The notes beneath the pieces were generated by a model, which was given only the letters and a program-made list of their open reading frames with translations, ran no database searches and was not told where the DNA came from. Source: a virus (lineage: Duplodnaviria; Heunggongvirae; Uroviricota; Caudoviricetes). From it: DNA of 51,064 bases. Positions 1 to 9,195 of this stretch are shown in pieces. Both the position numbers and the translations under genes were made by a program. The stretch lies in the IMG/VR virus record IMGVR_UViG_2534681675_000014; one strand, given 5' to 3'. How positions within the stretch are numbered: the first letter of the stretch is position 1; every line of letters starts with the position of its first letter.

Positions 1-1236
1 CTATGATAACCGCGCATTCAACATGGCTATCTGTTCGTCGTTCATGTCATCAATCCACATACCGTAAATTTCATACACCATCTGCGCAGTTTCATGCCCC
101 ATTTGGCTGGCTATAAATGCCGGGTTCGCTCCTGCCGTCAACAGCCAGCAGGCAAAAGTATGCCGCGTATGGTACGGATTACGGCGGCGAATACCAGCAC
201 GTTTTACTGCTGCATTCCACCTTGCCCCCAAACTGCTTACCGAGTAATAAGGTTTTTGTTTTCCGTTACACACCCTGGGCATGAAAACAAAATGCAGTTT
301 TTGCTTTTCGGTTCTGCCGTACTCCCGATGATAAAAGGTGATTTCGCTTTTGCGATGATGCCCGGTCAGTTTGTATTGCTCCTTCAGTGCTTCAAGAGCA
401 GGCTGCAGTAGTGTTACTGTCCGGATCCCGGCATTTGTTTTTGGGGGACCGAACATATCAAGTATCGTCAGGTTTCTTCTGACATTCACTATTCCCTTTT
501 CGAGATCCACATCCTCCCACGCCAGAGCTGCCAGTTCCCCGTGACGAAGTCCTGAGTAAACTGCAAATTTCCACATGTTCTGGCTCTGTCCTTTTTCACT
601 TTCCATTAATGCATTGAATTCTGTTTTAGATAACGGATCAGGCTTTATTCTGTTTCGCTGTAATTTTTTTACTCCTTCAAATGGTTTGGTTGATATAAAT
701 CCCGACTGATACGCAAAACGTAACAGCGAACAGAGCAGGGCGATATAGTTATCAACTGTGCGCACGGTTCTTCCTTTTTTGTTGGATCTTGGATTATCCA
801 GGTAAAGCGTTTCTCCATGCAGCAGTTCATTCCGGTAGTTTAAGATATCGCTATAACGAATATGTGATATCAGGGTACTTTCACAAATTATTATTCTGAG
901 TGTTTTTAATTGTGATTTCGTTTTCTTCATTGTGTTTGTTGTTAACTCTGTCTCTTTAATTTTCGTCCAGATATCACAAAGCTCTCCGAACGTTTTTATG
1001 ACTCTCGTTGTCACCATTTTTGCCCCAGTGCTGGACTGGGGAAAACGTCTTAAATACTCAAATTTACCGGAGTTTATTTCATGAACTATCAGCGCTCTTA
1101 AATTTCCGGCCTTTTTAATATTACTGTTTGTAATCTCCCAGCCTTTTAATGTTTCCCGACATCGTTTTCCTCGAAACATGAACCAGATGCGAATGTATCT
1201 ACCTCTAATCTCGACACCTGTTGGTAATTTAGACAT
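1..1236 (-). CDS. intR: Tyrosine recombinase, phage integrase (Rac IntR-like)
   Basis: 411-aa ORF ending at window edge; sequence recalled as Rac-type integrase; followed upstream by xis-like gene on same strand. Confidence 0.85.
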   Translation of the reverse strand: MSKLPTGVEIRGRYIRIWFMFRGKRCRETLKGWEITNSNIKKAGNLRALIVHEINSGKFEYLRRFPQSSTGAKMVTTRVIKTFGELCDIWTKIKETELTTNTMKKTKSQLKTLRIIICESTLISHIRYSDILNYRNELLHGETLYLDNPRSNKKGRTVRTVDNYIALLCSLLRFAYQSGFISTKPFEGVKKLQRNRIKPDPLSKTEFNALMESEKGQSQNMWKFAVYSGLRHGELAALAWEDVDLEKGIVNVRRNLTILDMFGPPKTNAGIRTVTLLQPALEALKEQYKLTGHHRKSEITFYHREYGRTEKQKLHFVFMPRVCNGKQKPYYSVSSLGARWNAAVKRAGIRRRNPYHTRHTFACWLLTAGANPAFIASQMGHETAQMVYEIYGMWIDDMNDEQIAMLNARLS

Positions 1237-1237
1237 A

Positions 1238-1477
1238 TCATGAGTCTTTGATAAACTGATTTATCTTTGGATAGTTGTACCAGATAATCCCTCGTTTGCT
1301 GTCTGGCTTACCTAAAGGAGATACTCGTTTGAAGTGGAAGCCCTCCACCCAACAGTTCTGGCGGTATGCTTCAATTTGTCTGGCCCCCAGACCAGTGCGA
1401 AGCATCAGGCCGTATTCAACCATCCACTCTTCATTAAAGATTACTTGTGCCATCGCATCACCTCTGGCAGGCGCCAA
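1238..1477 (-). CDS. ydaQ: Excisionase-like small protein
   Basis: 79-aa ORF immediately upstream of int, same strand, 1-nt spacing; Rac YdaQ-like by position. Confidence 0.6.
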   Translation of the reverse strand: MAPARGDAMAQVIFNEEWMVEYGLMLRTGLGARQIEAYRQNCWVEGFHFKRVSPLGKPDSKRGIIWYNYPKINQFIKDS

Positions 1478-1531
1478 TGTTAGACTGAAATTGACGCCCG
1501 ATGTTGATTATTAATAATCAGCTATGAAGTT

Positions 1532-1741
1532 TTAATTTGAATACAATGCAATTCTCGAGGACTGAAGTTTCTCGCAATTAAAATTTATCAGTTTTACTTT
1601 CTGCTCTCTGGAAACGCCTGCTTCTTTTTTACCTGAGAGCATTTTTTCGCATTCTGATTTCGTTAGTTTAGATTTTGAATATCTTGTCCAGTTAGTAGGA
1701 GTGCCACCTTCCTTTTCAATAGTGGCGGTAATTTTATACAT
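1532..1741 (-). CDS. Small protein, YdaC-like (69 aa)
   Basis: ORF 1532..1813; ATG at 1741 preceded by GGAGGTG Shine-Dalgarno; this start overlaps the ralR stop by 8 nt. Confidence 0.5.
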   Translation of the reverse strand: MYKITATIEKEGGTPTNWTRYSKSKLTKSECEKMLSGKKEAGVSREQKVKLINFNCEKLQSSRIALYSN

Positions 1742-1928
1742 GAACACCTCCATTATTATTTCCAGTGGTTCGTTTATTCCATCTTTCGAGTGCTTCTTTT
1801 TCACTTCCACCATAACCGGTTCGGGATTCGCATCCGTTACACTTCGCTCGGTAATATCCTGAAATGGCTTTCACCGTTACTGATGGACAACCACAAAATG
1901 GACATGGTTTAACATTGTCATATCTCAT
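1734..1928 (-). CDS. ralR: RalR/Lar restriction-alleviation protein, type I toxin (64 aa)
   Basis: Product MRYDNVKPCPFCGCPSVTVKAISGYYRAKCNGCESRTGYGG... recalled as Rac RalR; ORF extends to 1967 with alternative upstream starts. Confidence 0.75.
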   Translation of the reverse strand: MRYDNVKPCPFCGCPSVTVKAISGYYRAKCNGCESRTGYGGSEKEALERWNKRTTGNNNGGVHV

Positions 1929-1984
1929 AATTTTTCTCATAAAAAATATTTCAAGTTGGCGGTGCATTACACCGCCAGGCTGAA

Positions 1985-2794
1985 TTATTCCTCTGAATTA
2001 TCGATTACACTGTATTCCCCGGTTAATACAGAGGAATCTGCAGGATCGATTGTCAGTGGTTCCTTTTCATCCATTGATACTGCACGCTGGATCTCAATTG
2101 ATACGGGCAGATATTTGAACAGGCGACGAATAGCCGTTTTCTTTGCCATTTCTTCCCAGTGAGTTACCCACGGCCCGTTATTACCAGCTTTACTCAGGCT
2201 GCGCACCAGCTCAATCTGTTTGCGCGTCATAACTTCAAACTGAGTACCTCCGTCTTTAAGTCTTGCGACAGCATAGACGTGGGTAACCGGGGCATCTTCG
2301 TTTTCTCCCGGGCGGTGTATTAACTTTTCATCAAGGCCAAATTCGAAGCTAAACTCGTCACCTTCACGGACAACACGGGCTGACAGGCTGGCGATTTGAC
2401 CAGAACGGCGAGCCAGATCAATCATGCCGCGATAGCCAATGATTAGCTGAACGTTCTTTTTACCGCTCTTTTCGTTTTTATTACCAAAAGGCAGTAAATA
2501 TGCATGACCGAGGGCGCTACCTGGCTCAAGTCCGAGCTGTGAACACTGTACGATCGCACTGACAAAACTCATAGTGTCACAGTTTCCTAACGCCGGAACT
2601 TTACGAATTTCTGTGGTGGCGATACGGATCATACGTTCAGCCGTCATATGGCGTGGAAGAGCTGCTGCCAGTTGCTCTTTCATTGATGGCTGGTTAATAA
2701 AACTAATCACGTCGCTATTTTTAACTGCTGCTGGTGCACGGTTTCCCTGAGTTTTTTGCAGATCGGCTTTTGCGATTGGTGGTTGCTTAGTCAT
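1985..2794 (-). CDS. recT: RecT single-strand annealing recombinase
   Basis: 269-aa product from internal Met [13 protein letters not shown]... recalled as RecT; start overlaps recE stop by 8 nt. Confidence 0.9.
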   Translation of the reverse strand: MTKQPPIAKADLQKTQGNRAPAAVKNSDVISFINQPSMKEQLAAALPRHMTAERMIRIATTEIRKVPALGNCDTMSFVSAIVQCSQLGLEPGSALGHAYLLPFGNKNEKSGKKNVQLIIGYRGMIDLARRSGQIASLSARVVREGDEFSFEFGLDEKLIHRPGENEDAPVTHVYAVARLKDGGTQFEVMTRKQIELVRSLSKAGNNGPWVTHWEEMAKKTAIRRLFKYLPVSIEIQRAVSMDEKEPLTIDPADSSVLTGEYSVIDNSEE

Positions 2795-5387
2795 TTGCAT
2801 ATTCCTTAGCCCTGCGGGGCAGTGATAATGTCTTAATAGCTGGCCATTCATCGGTATTCAGGCAGTCAGACAGGGTTCGCAGATTGCGGTGATATTCCTG
2901 TTGACCTGCCAGTTTTGCTTCTTCGCCCATCATGAAAATTTCAACCGGATAACGTCCGCACTCAATAGTTGTGCTGGCAACCAGAAAAACGAAAGTTGGC
3001 TGCACTCCAAACTGTGCTTCATAACCGTCACTGTAGAATGCATCCTGAACGTGATAGCGGTAGTCGTAATAAGCGGTTTTGAATCGTTGAATATCCGCCG
3101 TAGTTTTCACGTCCATGATCCAGTGAAATTCAGGGATAATTTTGTCCGGACGGCACCGACACAAAATTCCTGTTTCAGGATCTTCCCAGTAAATTGATGA
3201 TTCAGCGTGTCCGGCGCTTTCAACAAGCCATTGCCCCAGCGGCAAAGCCATAACGCTTTGATACATGAGTTCAATTTTCCGGCCTTCTTCCGCAGTGATA
3301 ACTGTTTTTCCTGTGCTTGCGCATTCCATCAGAAACGCTTTCTCTTCTTCTTTTCCGGCGTTTGTACGGCGGTTAAATTCAGGTGCTACGATAAAGCGGT
3401 TACTGAATTCTTCCGGTTCAAGTACCCGGCAGTGGAAAGCGGTTCCTAAATCGAGCGTTTTTGTCTTTGTGGTGTCCACGGGGGCATTTTTACGCCACAA
3501 ATATAGTGCCGGAGTATCAGCAATGTCATCGAGCTGAGACTTACTGACACCGGGACCCGCGTGGTAATTCTCATTCGAAATTCCGTAATAAATACCTGGC
3601 TCTATGTCTTCTACGATTACGGGATCTGCGACTTCGCCAGTTTCATCACTGCAATCGCGATGCGGATCGCTGCCAGCATTCTCATTGTGCGGATGTTCAG
3701 CGCCTTCCATTTCCTCCGGATCATTTTCCTTAGCTTCAACCTGACTCTCTTCATCGAATGTTTCCTGGTATGTTGCGTCGCCCATCACCGCACCACAGTC
3801 AGGGCAGTTATCCCCGCCAGTCTGGCCGCAGGCATTGCAGGCTATTTCCGGTTCCTGTTGCACTACTGGCTCAGGTTGATTCATATCCGGGCTGGTTTTT
3901 TCCGTTTCTGGCTGGTTCTGGTACACACAATTGCGAGTCTGGATCCCCTTTACCCATTTCGGATCGTTCGGGTCGCTAATTCCGTCAACAAATTCACCAC
4001 GTGATGCAGCAAGCAATTTATCGGCATCGACAGGATCTTTTGATGGAATGTTTTTCCGGGCTTCATGGAGTTCTGCCCGCAGTTCCTGATATTTCGCATC
4101 AACAGAATTTACCTGTGACTGAGCATCCAGCGGCTGCGTGTCCTGATGATGTTCAGTTGCGTCCGGTTCCATTGTTTCAGCCTCTCCCTGTTCAACTGCC
4201 GTTGTTCCAGATGGTTGCGGTTTTTCTTCATCATCCTGTTTTCCTTCTTCTGTTACTCGCTGCGGCATCGGGGCAGAGGAGCGACCGCAGGCAATATCCA
4301 CGATTTCCGGATCAGGGTTGGCATGATCGGTTTCAGTCAGTACTTTGTTCAGATATTCAGTGACGTGCGCGGGGATGACCTCGATCCCAATTGGTGCTTC
4401 TTTTACGGACGCAACCACGATGGCGCGGGAATAATCCAGCCCGCCAGGCATGGTGATGAATTTGTCGCGGAAAACAGAAAAGGGCGGTTTATTTTCAGCG
4501 ATAATTTCCTCAATGCGTTTAGCGTGTGCCGGATGAAGGTTATAGATGTCCAGATCCATTGAACGGGCCAGTACGCCAGTGGCTACGTCGCGCGCCAGTG
4601 ACGTCAGATCGTGTACGAAACCTTCGCCGCGATCGGTGAGGTTTCCGCCGCCAGCATTAGCACCGGAAGCCGTGCGAGTGATGTGTGAAACACGATTACC
4701 CTTCATCCACTCTTTTGTCAGCAGTCCTCGATCGGTGTAGTCAGCGTTCAGGTATGCTTCGAAAAAAGCAGTTATCAGTCCCAGGTTTGAATTACCAGGA
4801 TTAGGGAAAACTTTGTCAGTGTCACGAACCAGTTTGTGGAGTTCGCGAATTTCCAGCGGGTCGAGCAGGCTGGTTTTGTGGGAAACAGCCAGGGCAGTAA
4901 CAGCCGGTAGTTCTTCAGCCCGAGCAATGTGTAATGCCTGGAGTCCTTCGCGTGAAACGTGCGTTACCGGTTTTTCGCTGCCGTGTTGAGCAAGCCAACG
5001 AATGGGCAGTTCCTGGCCAGAAATTGGGAGTAGCATATTCTCCTCAATCTCAGTCATGTCTTCGCCGTTGACGTTGGTATTGCCTTGATAGTGAGCGTTG
5101 TCTGGTGCTGCTCCCGGTTTTAGTTCCCATGTCATGGAGTCTTTGCTGAGTTGATAGCGTTCACTCCAGGTAAAATCGATCTCACCTTCAGCGGGCAGGT
5201 CATTAACGACAGGAAAATTCGTGGCAACAGCTTTAAAATAGCTGCTCAGTTTTTTACCTGACTTAACGATCAGGTAGTCCAGAGTGGCACTGGTCGATTC
5301 AAAATCGTTGCTTGCCCACAGGACGACGTCAGGTTCACCGGATGATTTTTTCGCTTTCCGTAACAGGAAGAGTGGTTTTGTGCTCAT
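2787..5387 (-). CDS. recE: RecE exonuclease VIII
   Basis: 866-aa ORF, sequence recalled as Rac RecE; recE-recT order. Confidence 0.9.
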   Translation of the reverse strand: MSTKPLFLLRKAKKSSGEPDVVLWASNDFESTSATLDYLIVKSGKKLSSYFKAVATNFPVVNDLPAEGEIDFTWSERYQLSKDSMTWELKPGAAPDNAHYQGNTNVNGEDMTEIEENMLLPISGQELPIRWLAQHGSEKPVTHVSREGLQALHIARAEELPAVTALAVSHKTSLLDPLEIRELHKLVRDTDKVFPNPGNSNLGLITAFFEAYLNADYTDRGLLTKEWMKGNRVSHITRTASGANAGGGNLTDRGEGFVHDLTSLARDVATGVLARSMDLDIYNLHPAHAKRIEEIIAENKPPFSVFRDKFITMPGGLDYSRAIVVASVKEAPIGIEVIPAHVTEYLNKVLTETDHANPDPEIVDIACGRSSAPMPQRVTEEGKQDDEEKPQPSGTTAVEQGEAETMEPDATEHHQDTQPLDAQSQVNSVDAKYQELRAELHEARKNIPSKDPVDADKLLAASRGEFVDGISDPNDPKWVKGIQTRNCVYQNQPETEKTSPDMNQPEPVVQQEPEIACNACGQTGGDNCPDCGAVMGDATYQETFDEESQVEAKENDPEEMEGAEHPHNENAGSDPHRDCSDETGEVADPVIVEDIEPGIYYGISNENYHAGPGVSKSQLDDIADTPALYLWRKNAPVDTTKTKTLDLGTAFHCRVLEPEEFSNRFIVAPEFNRRTNAGKEEEKAFLMECASTGKTVITAEEGRKIELMYQSVMALPLGQWLVESAGHAESSIYWEDPETGILCRCRPDKIIPEFHWIMDVKTTADIQRFKTAYYDYRYHVQDAFYSDGYEAQFGVQPTFVFLVASTTIECGRYPVEIFMMGEEAKLAGQQEYHRNLRTLSDCLNTDEWPAIKTLSLPRRAKEYAND

Positions 5388-5488
5388 TGTTTTTTAACCT
5401 CAACTCAGATTAAAATTCGTTTTGTTCAGTGAATGATCTTGCCGGATACACACTGTTCATAGCCTGCGCCATACGCAGGCTATTTCTT

Positions 5489-5764
5489 TCAGATTTCACC
5501 TTTTAATTTCATTGCAATTAGAGTTGCCAGAAATTCGGCTTTTTTTTCTGCGGGCAGATTCTTTCCGATATGCACCAGGCACATTTTTTTGACACCTTCA
5601 TCAAGTGTTTTTACGTTGCCTGATGGACCATCGATATCAACCACAGTGAATGGGGTTTCTTTATTTTCTGTTTTAATTACGTAGCCAATGCGCTTTCCTT
5701 CCAGATTCACCTCGTGAACAATGTCATCGGTAGTTACAACAGTGGCTTCATAATTGGTAATCAT
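5489..5764 (-). CDS. racC: RacC-like small protein (91 aa)
   Basis: ORF 5489..5812; internal Met MITNYEATVVTTDD... gives 91 aa; position upstream of recE as in Rac. Confidence 0.65.
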   Translation of the reverse strand: MITNYEATVVTTDDIVHEVNLEGKRIGYVIKTENKETPFTVVDIDGPSGNVKTLDEGVKKMCLVHIGKNLPAEKKAEFLATLIAMKLKGEI

Positions 5765-5838
5765 GTTTTTCTCCTTAATTAAGGTTGAGCGAATACCTGC
5801 CATTTCTGGCATAAATTCAGTTTCAAATAGTCAATTAA

Positions 5839-6009
5839 TTAAAGTTCATGTGCCATCTGGTCTTTTTCGGCACAAGCTTCACTGCAATATTTTCTCGGTT
5901 CGTCTTTTGATAAAATCCCGTGCATGAAGTGAAGCATTCTTTCAATAGCTTTGCTTTCTTCAACGTCTTTTTTGCAAAGGTGGTAAGCACATTTTATTTT
6001 CTTAGTCAT
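5839..6009 (-). CDS. ydaE: YdaE-like zinc-binding small protein (56 aa), below the ORF-track length cutoff
   Basis: Hand translation [56 protein letters not shown]; Cys/His-rich; ATG overlaps kilR stop (TGATG). Confidence 0.6.
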   Translation of the reverse strand: MTKKIKCAYHLCKKDVEESKAIERMLHFMHGILSKDEPRKYCSEACAEKDQMAHEL

Positions 6010-6242
6010 CACCATGACTCCGCCTTTACAGGTAAACCATCACGACCGAGGAAGACTTTAATCATGCGGTCAGTAATGCATGTTTTTGTGGTCAGGTTAC
6101 GAATATATAGTTTTCGCTTTTTAATATTGTTTGCCGAGGCAATATATGTCCGGCCTTCATGAAGAACATAATCGCCAGGAGTCACACACTGACGTGGTAT
6201 TTCATCAGTTCCGAAGTGATGTGCAATCATAATTATCTCCAT
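6009..6242 (-). CDS. kilR: KilR-like FtsZ inhibitor / host killing protein
   Basis: 77-aa ORF (73 aa from [14 protein letters not shown]...); recalled as Rac KilR; early-left operon position. Confidence 0.7.
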   Translation of the reverse strand: MEIIMIAHHFGTDEIPRQCVTPGDYVLHEGRTYIASANNIKKRKLYIRNLTTKTCITDRMIKVFLGRDGLPVKAESW

Positions 6243-6671
6243 TTTTACAAATGAACTTTGTTGATGCGGTGCCTGGTGCCTCCAGGTGACTGCAACCAGT
6301 TAACAATTACAGTCGGCTTTCCCACCCAAACCAATAAGGACTAACATGACTTTTAACTGTGCCACGTGCGCTTAGCCGCATTCACCGCATCACAAAATTC
6401 ACTTTAAAAAGGGCGGACATCAGCCGAACTTCAAGAAAAAAACTGATGCCGCCAGGACTACACACAGCAATGTCGTTATTTACAACCGGAGGCGCACTCC
6501 CACCATTTAAATTTAACAGACAAGACCGACTCTTTATGGATATCGGAAATGCGCCTTCGTGTTGTGCCCGGTTTTATTTCACCACCTCCGGGCTTCGGTG
6601 GTCTCGGCTATACCCCTACAGCGAGAGCTTGTGTTAACATTTCAATACCCTTACAGTTGAGAGTTATTGAT

Positions 6672-7160
6672 ATGTTGGATGTATTTACTCCATTGTTGAA
6701 ACTTTTTGCTAACGAGCCACTCGAAAGACTTATGTATACGATTATCATTTTTGGTCTCACTCTCTGGCTGATACCGAAAGAGTTTACTGTCGCATTCAAT
6801 GCTTATACTGAAATACCTTGGCTCTTTCAGATTATCGTTTTTGCCTTTTCTTTCGTGGTCGCCATTTCCTTCTCAAGATTGCGAGCACATATTCAAAAGC
6901 ATTATTCATTACTACCAGAGCAACGAGTATTGCTTCGTTTATCTGAGAAAGAAATCGCTGTATTTAAAGATTTCCTTAAAACAGGAAATCTTATTATCAC
7001 TTCTCCTTGCCGTAACCCGGTTATGAAAAAATTAGAACGGAAGGGCATCATTCAACATCAGAGTGATAGCGCAAACTGTTCTTATTATCTCGTCACCGAA
7101 AAATACTCCCATTTTATGAAGTTATTCTGGAACAGCAGGAGTAGACGTTTTAATCGTTAG
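6672..7160 (+). CDS. sieB: Superinfection exclusion protein B (inner-membrane)
   Basis: 162-aa product from ATG 6672 (MLDVFTPLLKLFANEPLERL...), hydrophobic segments; only plus-strand gene in the early-left region. Confidence 0.8.
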   Translation: MLDVFTPLLKLFANEPLERLMYTIIIFGLTLWLIPKEFTVAFNAYTEIPWLFQIIVFAFSFVVAISFSRLRAHIQKHYSLLPEQRVLLRLSEKEIAVFKDFLKTGNLIITSPCRNPVMKKLERKGIIQHQSDSANCSYYLVTEKYSHFMKLFWNSRSRRFNR

Positions 7161-7312
7161 CTTACTGTGTGCTTCTCCAACCATCGGCGCGCACCAGTTT
7201 CGGTTTTAAATGTTTTGCTTTTGGTATACGTCATGGCAGTGAACGTTCCATCCTGGTTGGGGAACACGCCGCACACCAGGGATTCGTTGTTGCCGAGGTC
7301 GATTTTTTGCAT
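7157..7312 (-). CDS. ydaF: Small protein, YdaF-like (51 aa), below the ORF-track length cutoff
   Basis: Hand translation MQKIDLGNNESLVCGVFPNQDGTFTAMTYTKSKTFKTETGARRWLEKHTVS; stop overlaps sieB stop; length and position match Rac ydaF. Confidence 0.5.
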   Translation of the reverse strand: MQKIDLGNNESLVCGVFPNQDGTFTAMTYTKSKTFKTETGARRWLEKHTVS

Positions 7313-7322
7313 TTTGCGAATC

Positions 7323-7457
7323 TCACATCTTGTTGCTGTGTATAGCGACTTCTGCCTGCCAGAGATCCCAGTCGTTGCTGCGTAAAGCCTGCACAGCCTG
7401 GTTGTAAGTGATACCGCAACAATCCATCAAATACTGAACTACTTCGTAATGCACCAT
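7323..7457 (-). CDS. ydaG: Small protein, YdaG-like (44 aa)
   Basis: ORF 7323..7505; internal Met MVHYEVVQYLMDCCGITYNQ... gives 44 aa; first gene of leftward operon. Confidence 0.45.
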   Translation of the reverse strand: MVHYEVVQYLMDCCGITYNQAVQALRSNDWDLWQAEVAIHSNKM

Positions 7458-7742
7458 CTTATCTCTCCCCTTAACGCCGGGTGGCGGAACTGAAACCTGC
7501 TGCACTGCAAAATCTGAACCCTGCCGTCATGTTCATACGCCTCGGGCTGGCTACTTAACCCCTGACCACTGCCTGGTAACTCGAAGTATTGCCCTGCATT
7601 CTGTGGGGTGGGGTGAGGGAATGAATGAAGTTTAGAAAAATGAACTTTTCAGGTCAATGTTTTTTTTATCAAAACATTTTAGGCAGGCAGCTGTTAAGCC
7701 ATCAGCACGATGGCATACAGTTAATCAAATAGATGAGGTTGG

Positions 7743-8381
7743 TTAAATATCTTGTTGAATTTTAAAGCATACGCCCAATATGCAAGATAGATCATCCAGC
7801 ATAATTGAAGGGTAGCGAGGATTCGTGGGGACTAAAAGAATATCCGGCCCTTCTATCTCCAGTTTACGAATGACAGGTGTTGTGGTCCCTTTGGGTAAGG
7901 CAAGGACAATATTTCCTGGTTGTACGGTTCGATCGGGATCAACAAAAACTGTTGAACCATTTGGGATGGAAACTCCCCCACCAGATGTTGACATACTGTC
8001 ACTCTCTAGAACAACTGCAAAGGTATTGGCCGGGATTTCTCCGACAAGCTGCACACAAGAGGTTATTGAGGAATTTTTCATATAATCACTCCAGCTTGCT
8101 GCCTGCTGAAGTGATAGTAGCGGAACCGTTTTTATCGGCGGTAAAGATAGATCAAGCGAATCACCTGTATTTAACTCTCCTCCATTAAGAAGCCAATTTT
8201 CGTTTACTTTCAATATCTTTGCCAGTGAACTTATGTAACGCGAGGACGGCGCTCCTCCACCGTTCATCCATTGACTTACGGAGCCTTTTGATGCGCCAGT
8301 GGCATTGACAAGGTCTTTGCCTTTCAGGTTTAGCGCATGCATACGTTGGGTTATGCGTTCAGATATTGTTTGCTTGCTCAT
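7743..8381 (-). CDS. CI-type prophage repressor (N-terminal HTH, C-terminal LexA/S24-like autopeptidase)
   Basis: 212 aa; N-terminus SERITQRMHALNLKGKDLVNATGASKGSVSQW is HTH-like; C-terminal half S24-peptidase-like; divergent from cro-like gene; ATG directly abuts operator repeats. Confidence 0.75.
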   Translation of the reverse strand: MSKQTISERITQRMHALNLKGKDLVNATGASKGSVSQWMNGGGAPSSRYISSLAKILKVNENWLLNGGELNTGDSLDLSLPPIKTVPLLSLQQAASWSDYMKNSSITSCVQLVGEIPANTFAVVLESDSMSTSGGGVSIPNGSTVFVDPDRTVQPGNIVLALPKGTTTPVIRKLEIEGPDILLVPTNPRYPSIMLDDLSCILGVCFKIQQDI

Positions 8382-8472
8382 GTTTTGATTTTAAAACACA
8401 GATGGTTTTGTTTCTTGACTTTCTTTGGTTTTGATTATTAAACTTTTGGCGTTCAGTTTTATGGAGCGACTC
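8382..8472. promoter_or_regulatory. Divergent immunity promoter/operator region (OR-like)
   Basis: 91-bp gap between divergent repressor and cro-like genes; three direct GTTTTGWTT repeats at 8382, 8405, 8428 (23-bp period); TTGACT -35-like hexamer at 8415..8420. Confidence 0.5.
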
Positions 8473-8715
8473 ATGAAAAAATCAGAAGTATTAGGCTATT
8501 TTGGCGGAGTTGTTAAAACAGCCGCAGCTCTAGGAACGTCAAAAACCACAGTCAGCATGTGGGGGGAAGAGGTTCCGTGGAAATGGGCGTTGCTAATTCA
8601 GGCAGTCACTGCCGGGGCGCTCAAATATGAGTTACACATACCGACGGTTGTCATTCCTGGTTCTGATCATAATCCGCCTTCTAACCAAGGGGGGATTCAT
8701 GAAAATCAAGCATGA
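8473..8715 (+). CDS. Cro-like HTH regulator (YdaS-like)
   Basis: 80 aa from ATG 8473 (GGAG 6 nt upstream); HTH-like VKTAAALGTSKTTVSMW; divergent from repressor. Confidence 0.65.
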   Translation: MKKSEVLGYFGGVVKTAAALGTSKTTVSMWGEEVPWKWALLIQAVTAGALKYELHIPTVVIPGSDHNPPSNQGGIHENQA

Positions 8716-9124
8716 ACACATCCGCATGGCGATGAATGCCTGGGCGCGTCCTGATGGCGAAAAAGTTCCAGCAGCTGGAATAACCCAGGCTTATTTTGAG
8801 TTGGGTATGACGTTTCCTGAACTGTATGACGACAGCCATCCGGAAGCCCTGGCTCGCAATACCCAGAAAATTTTCCGCTGGGTAGAGAAAGACACCCCTG
8901 ATGCAGTTGAAAAAATTCAGGCGTTGTTACCAGCGATCGAAAAGGCAATGCCACCTTTGCTGGTGGCCAGAATGCGCAGCCACAGTTCAGCTTATTTTCG
9001 GGAGCTGGTGGAGACGCGGGAGCGATTGGTGAGAGACGCTGATGATTTTGTCGCAGTGGCAATCGCCGGTTTCAATCAGATGAACCGTGGTGGCCCGGCA
9101 GGAAATGCTGTGGCAGTACATTGA
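8699..9124 (+). CDS. YdaT-like protein (141 aa)
   Basis: ATG 8699 with AAGGGGGG Shine-Dalgarno; starts MKIKHEHI as recalled for Rac YdaT; overlaps cro-like gene by 17 nt. Confidence 0.6.
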   Translation: MKIKHEHIRMAMNAWARPDGEKVPAAGITQAYFELGMTFPELYDDSHPEALARNTQKIFRWVEKDTPDAVEKIQALLPAIEKAMPPLLVARMRSHSSAYFRELVETRERLVRDADDFVAVAIAGFNQMNRGGPAGNAVAVH

Positions 9125-9195
9125 CTGACAATAGCCATATCGAATCGCTTCCGGCAACTCGTGAGTAAAAAGATTCGGTATCAGAAGAGGTGAGT

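Noticed and set aside
94-411. 105-aa plus-strand ORF inside the integrase gene
   Set aside because: Antisense overlap with int; no supporting signals.
2889-4740. Several plus-strand ORFs (102 to 147 aa) inside recE
   Set aside because: Antisense to a confidently identified recE; low-complexity products and no ribosome-binding sites.
6359-6671. 92-aa ORF and the N-terminal extension of the sieB ORF (6549..6671)
   Set aside because: The conserved SieB sequence begins at the internal ATG 6672; the upstream frames cover what is most likely the kilR/sieB divergent promoter region.
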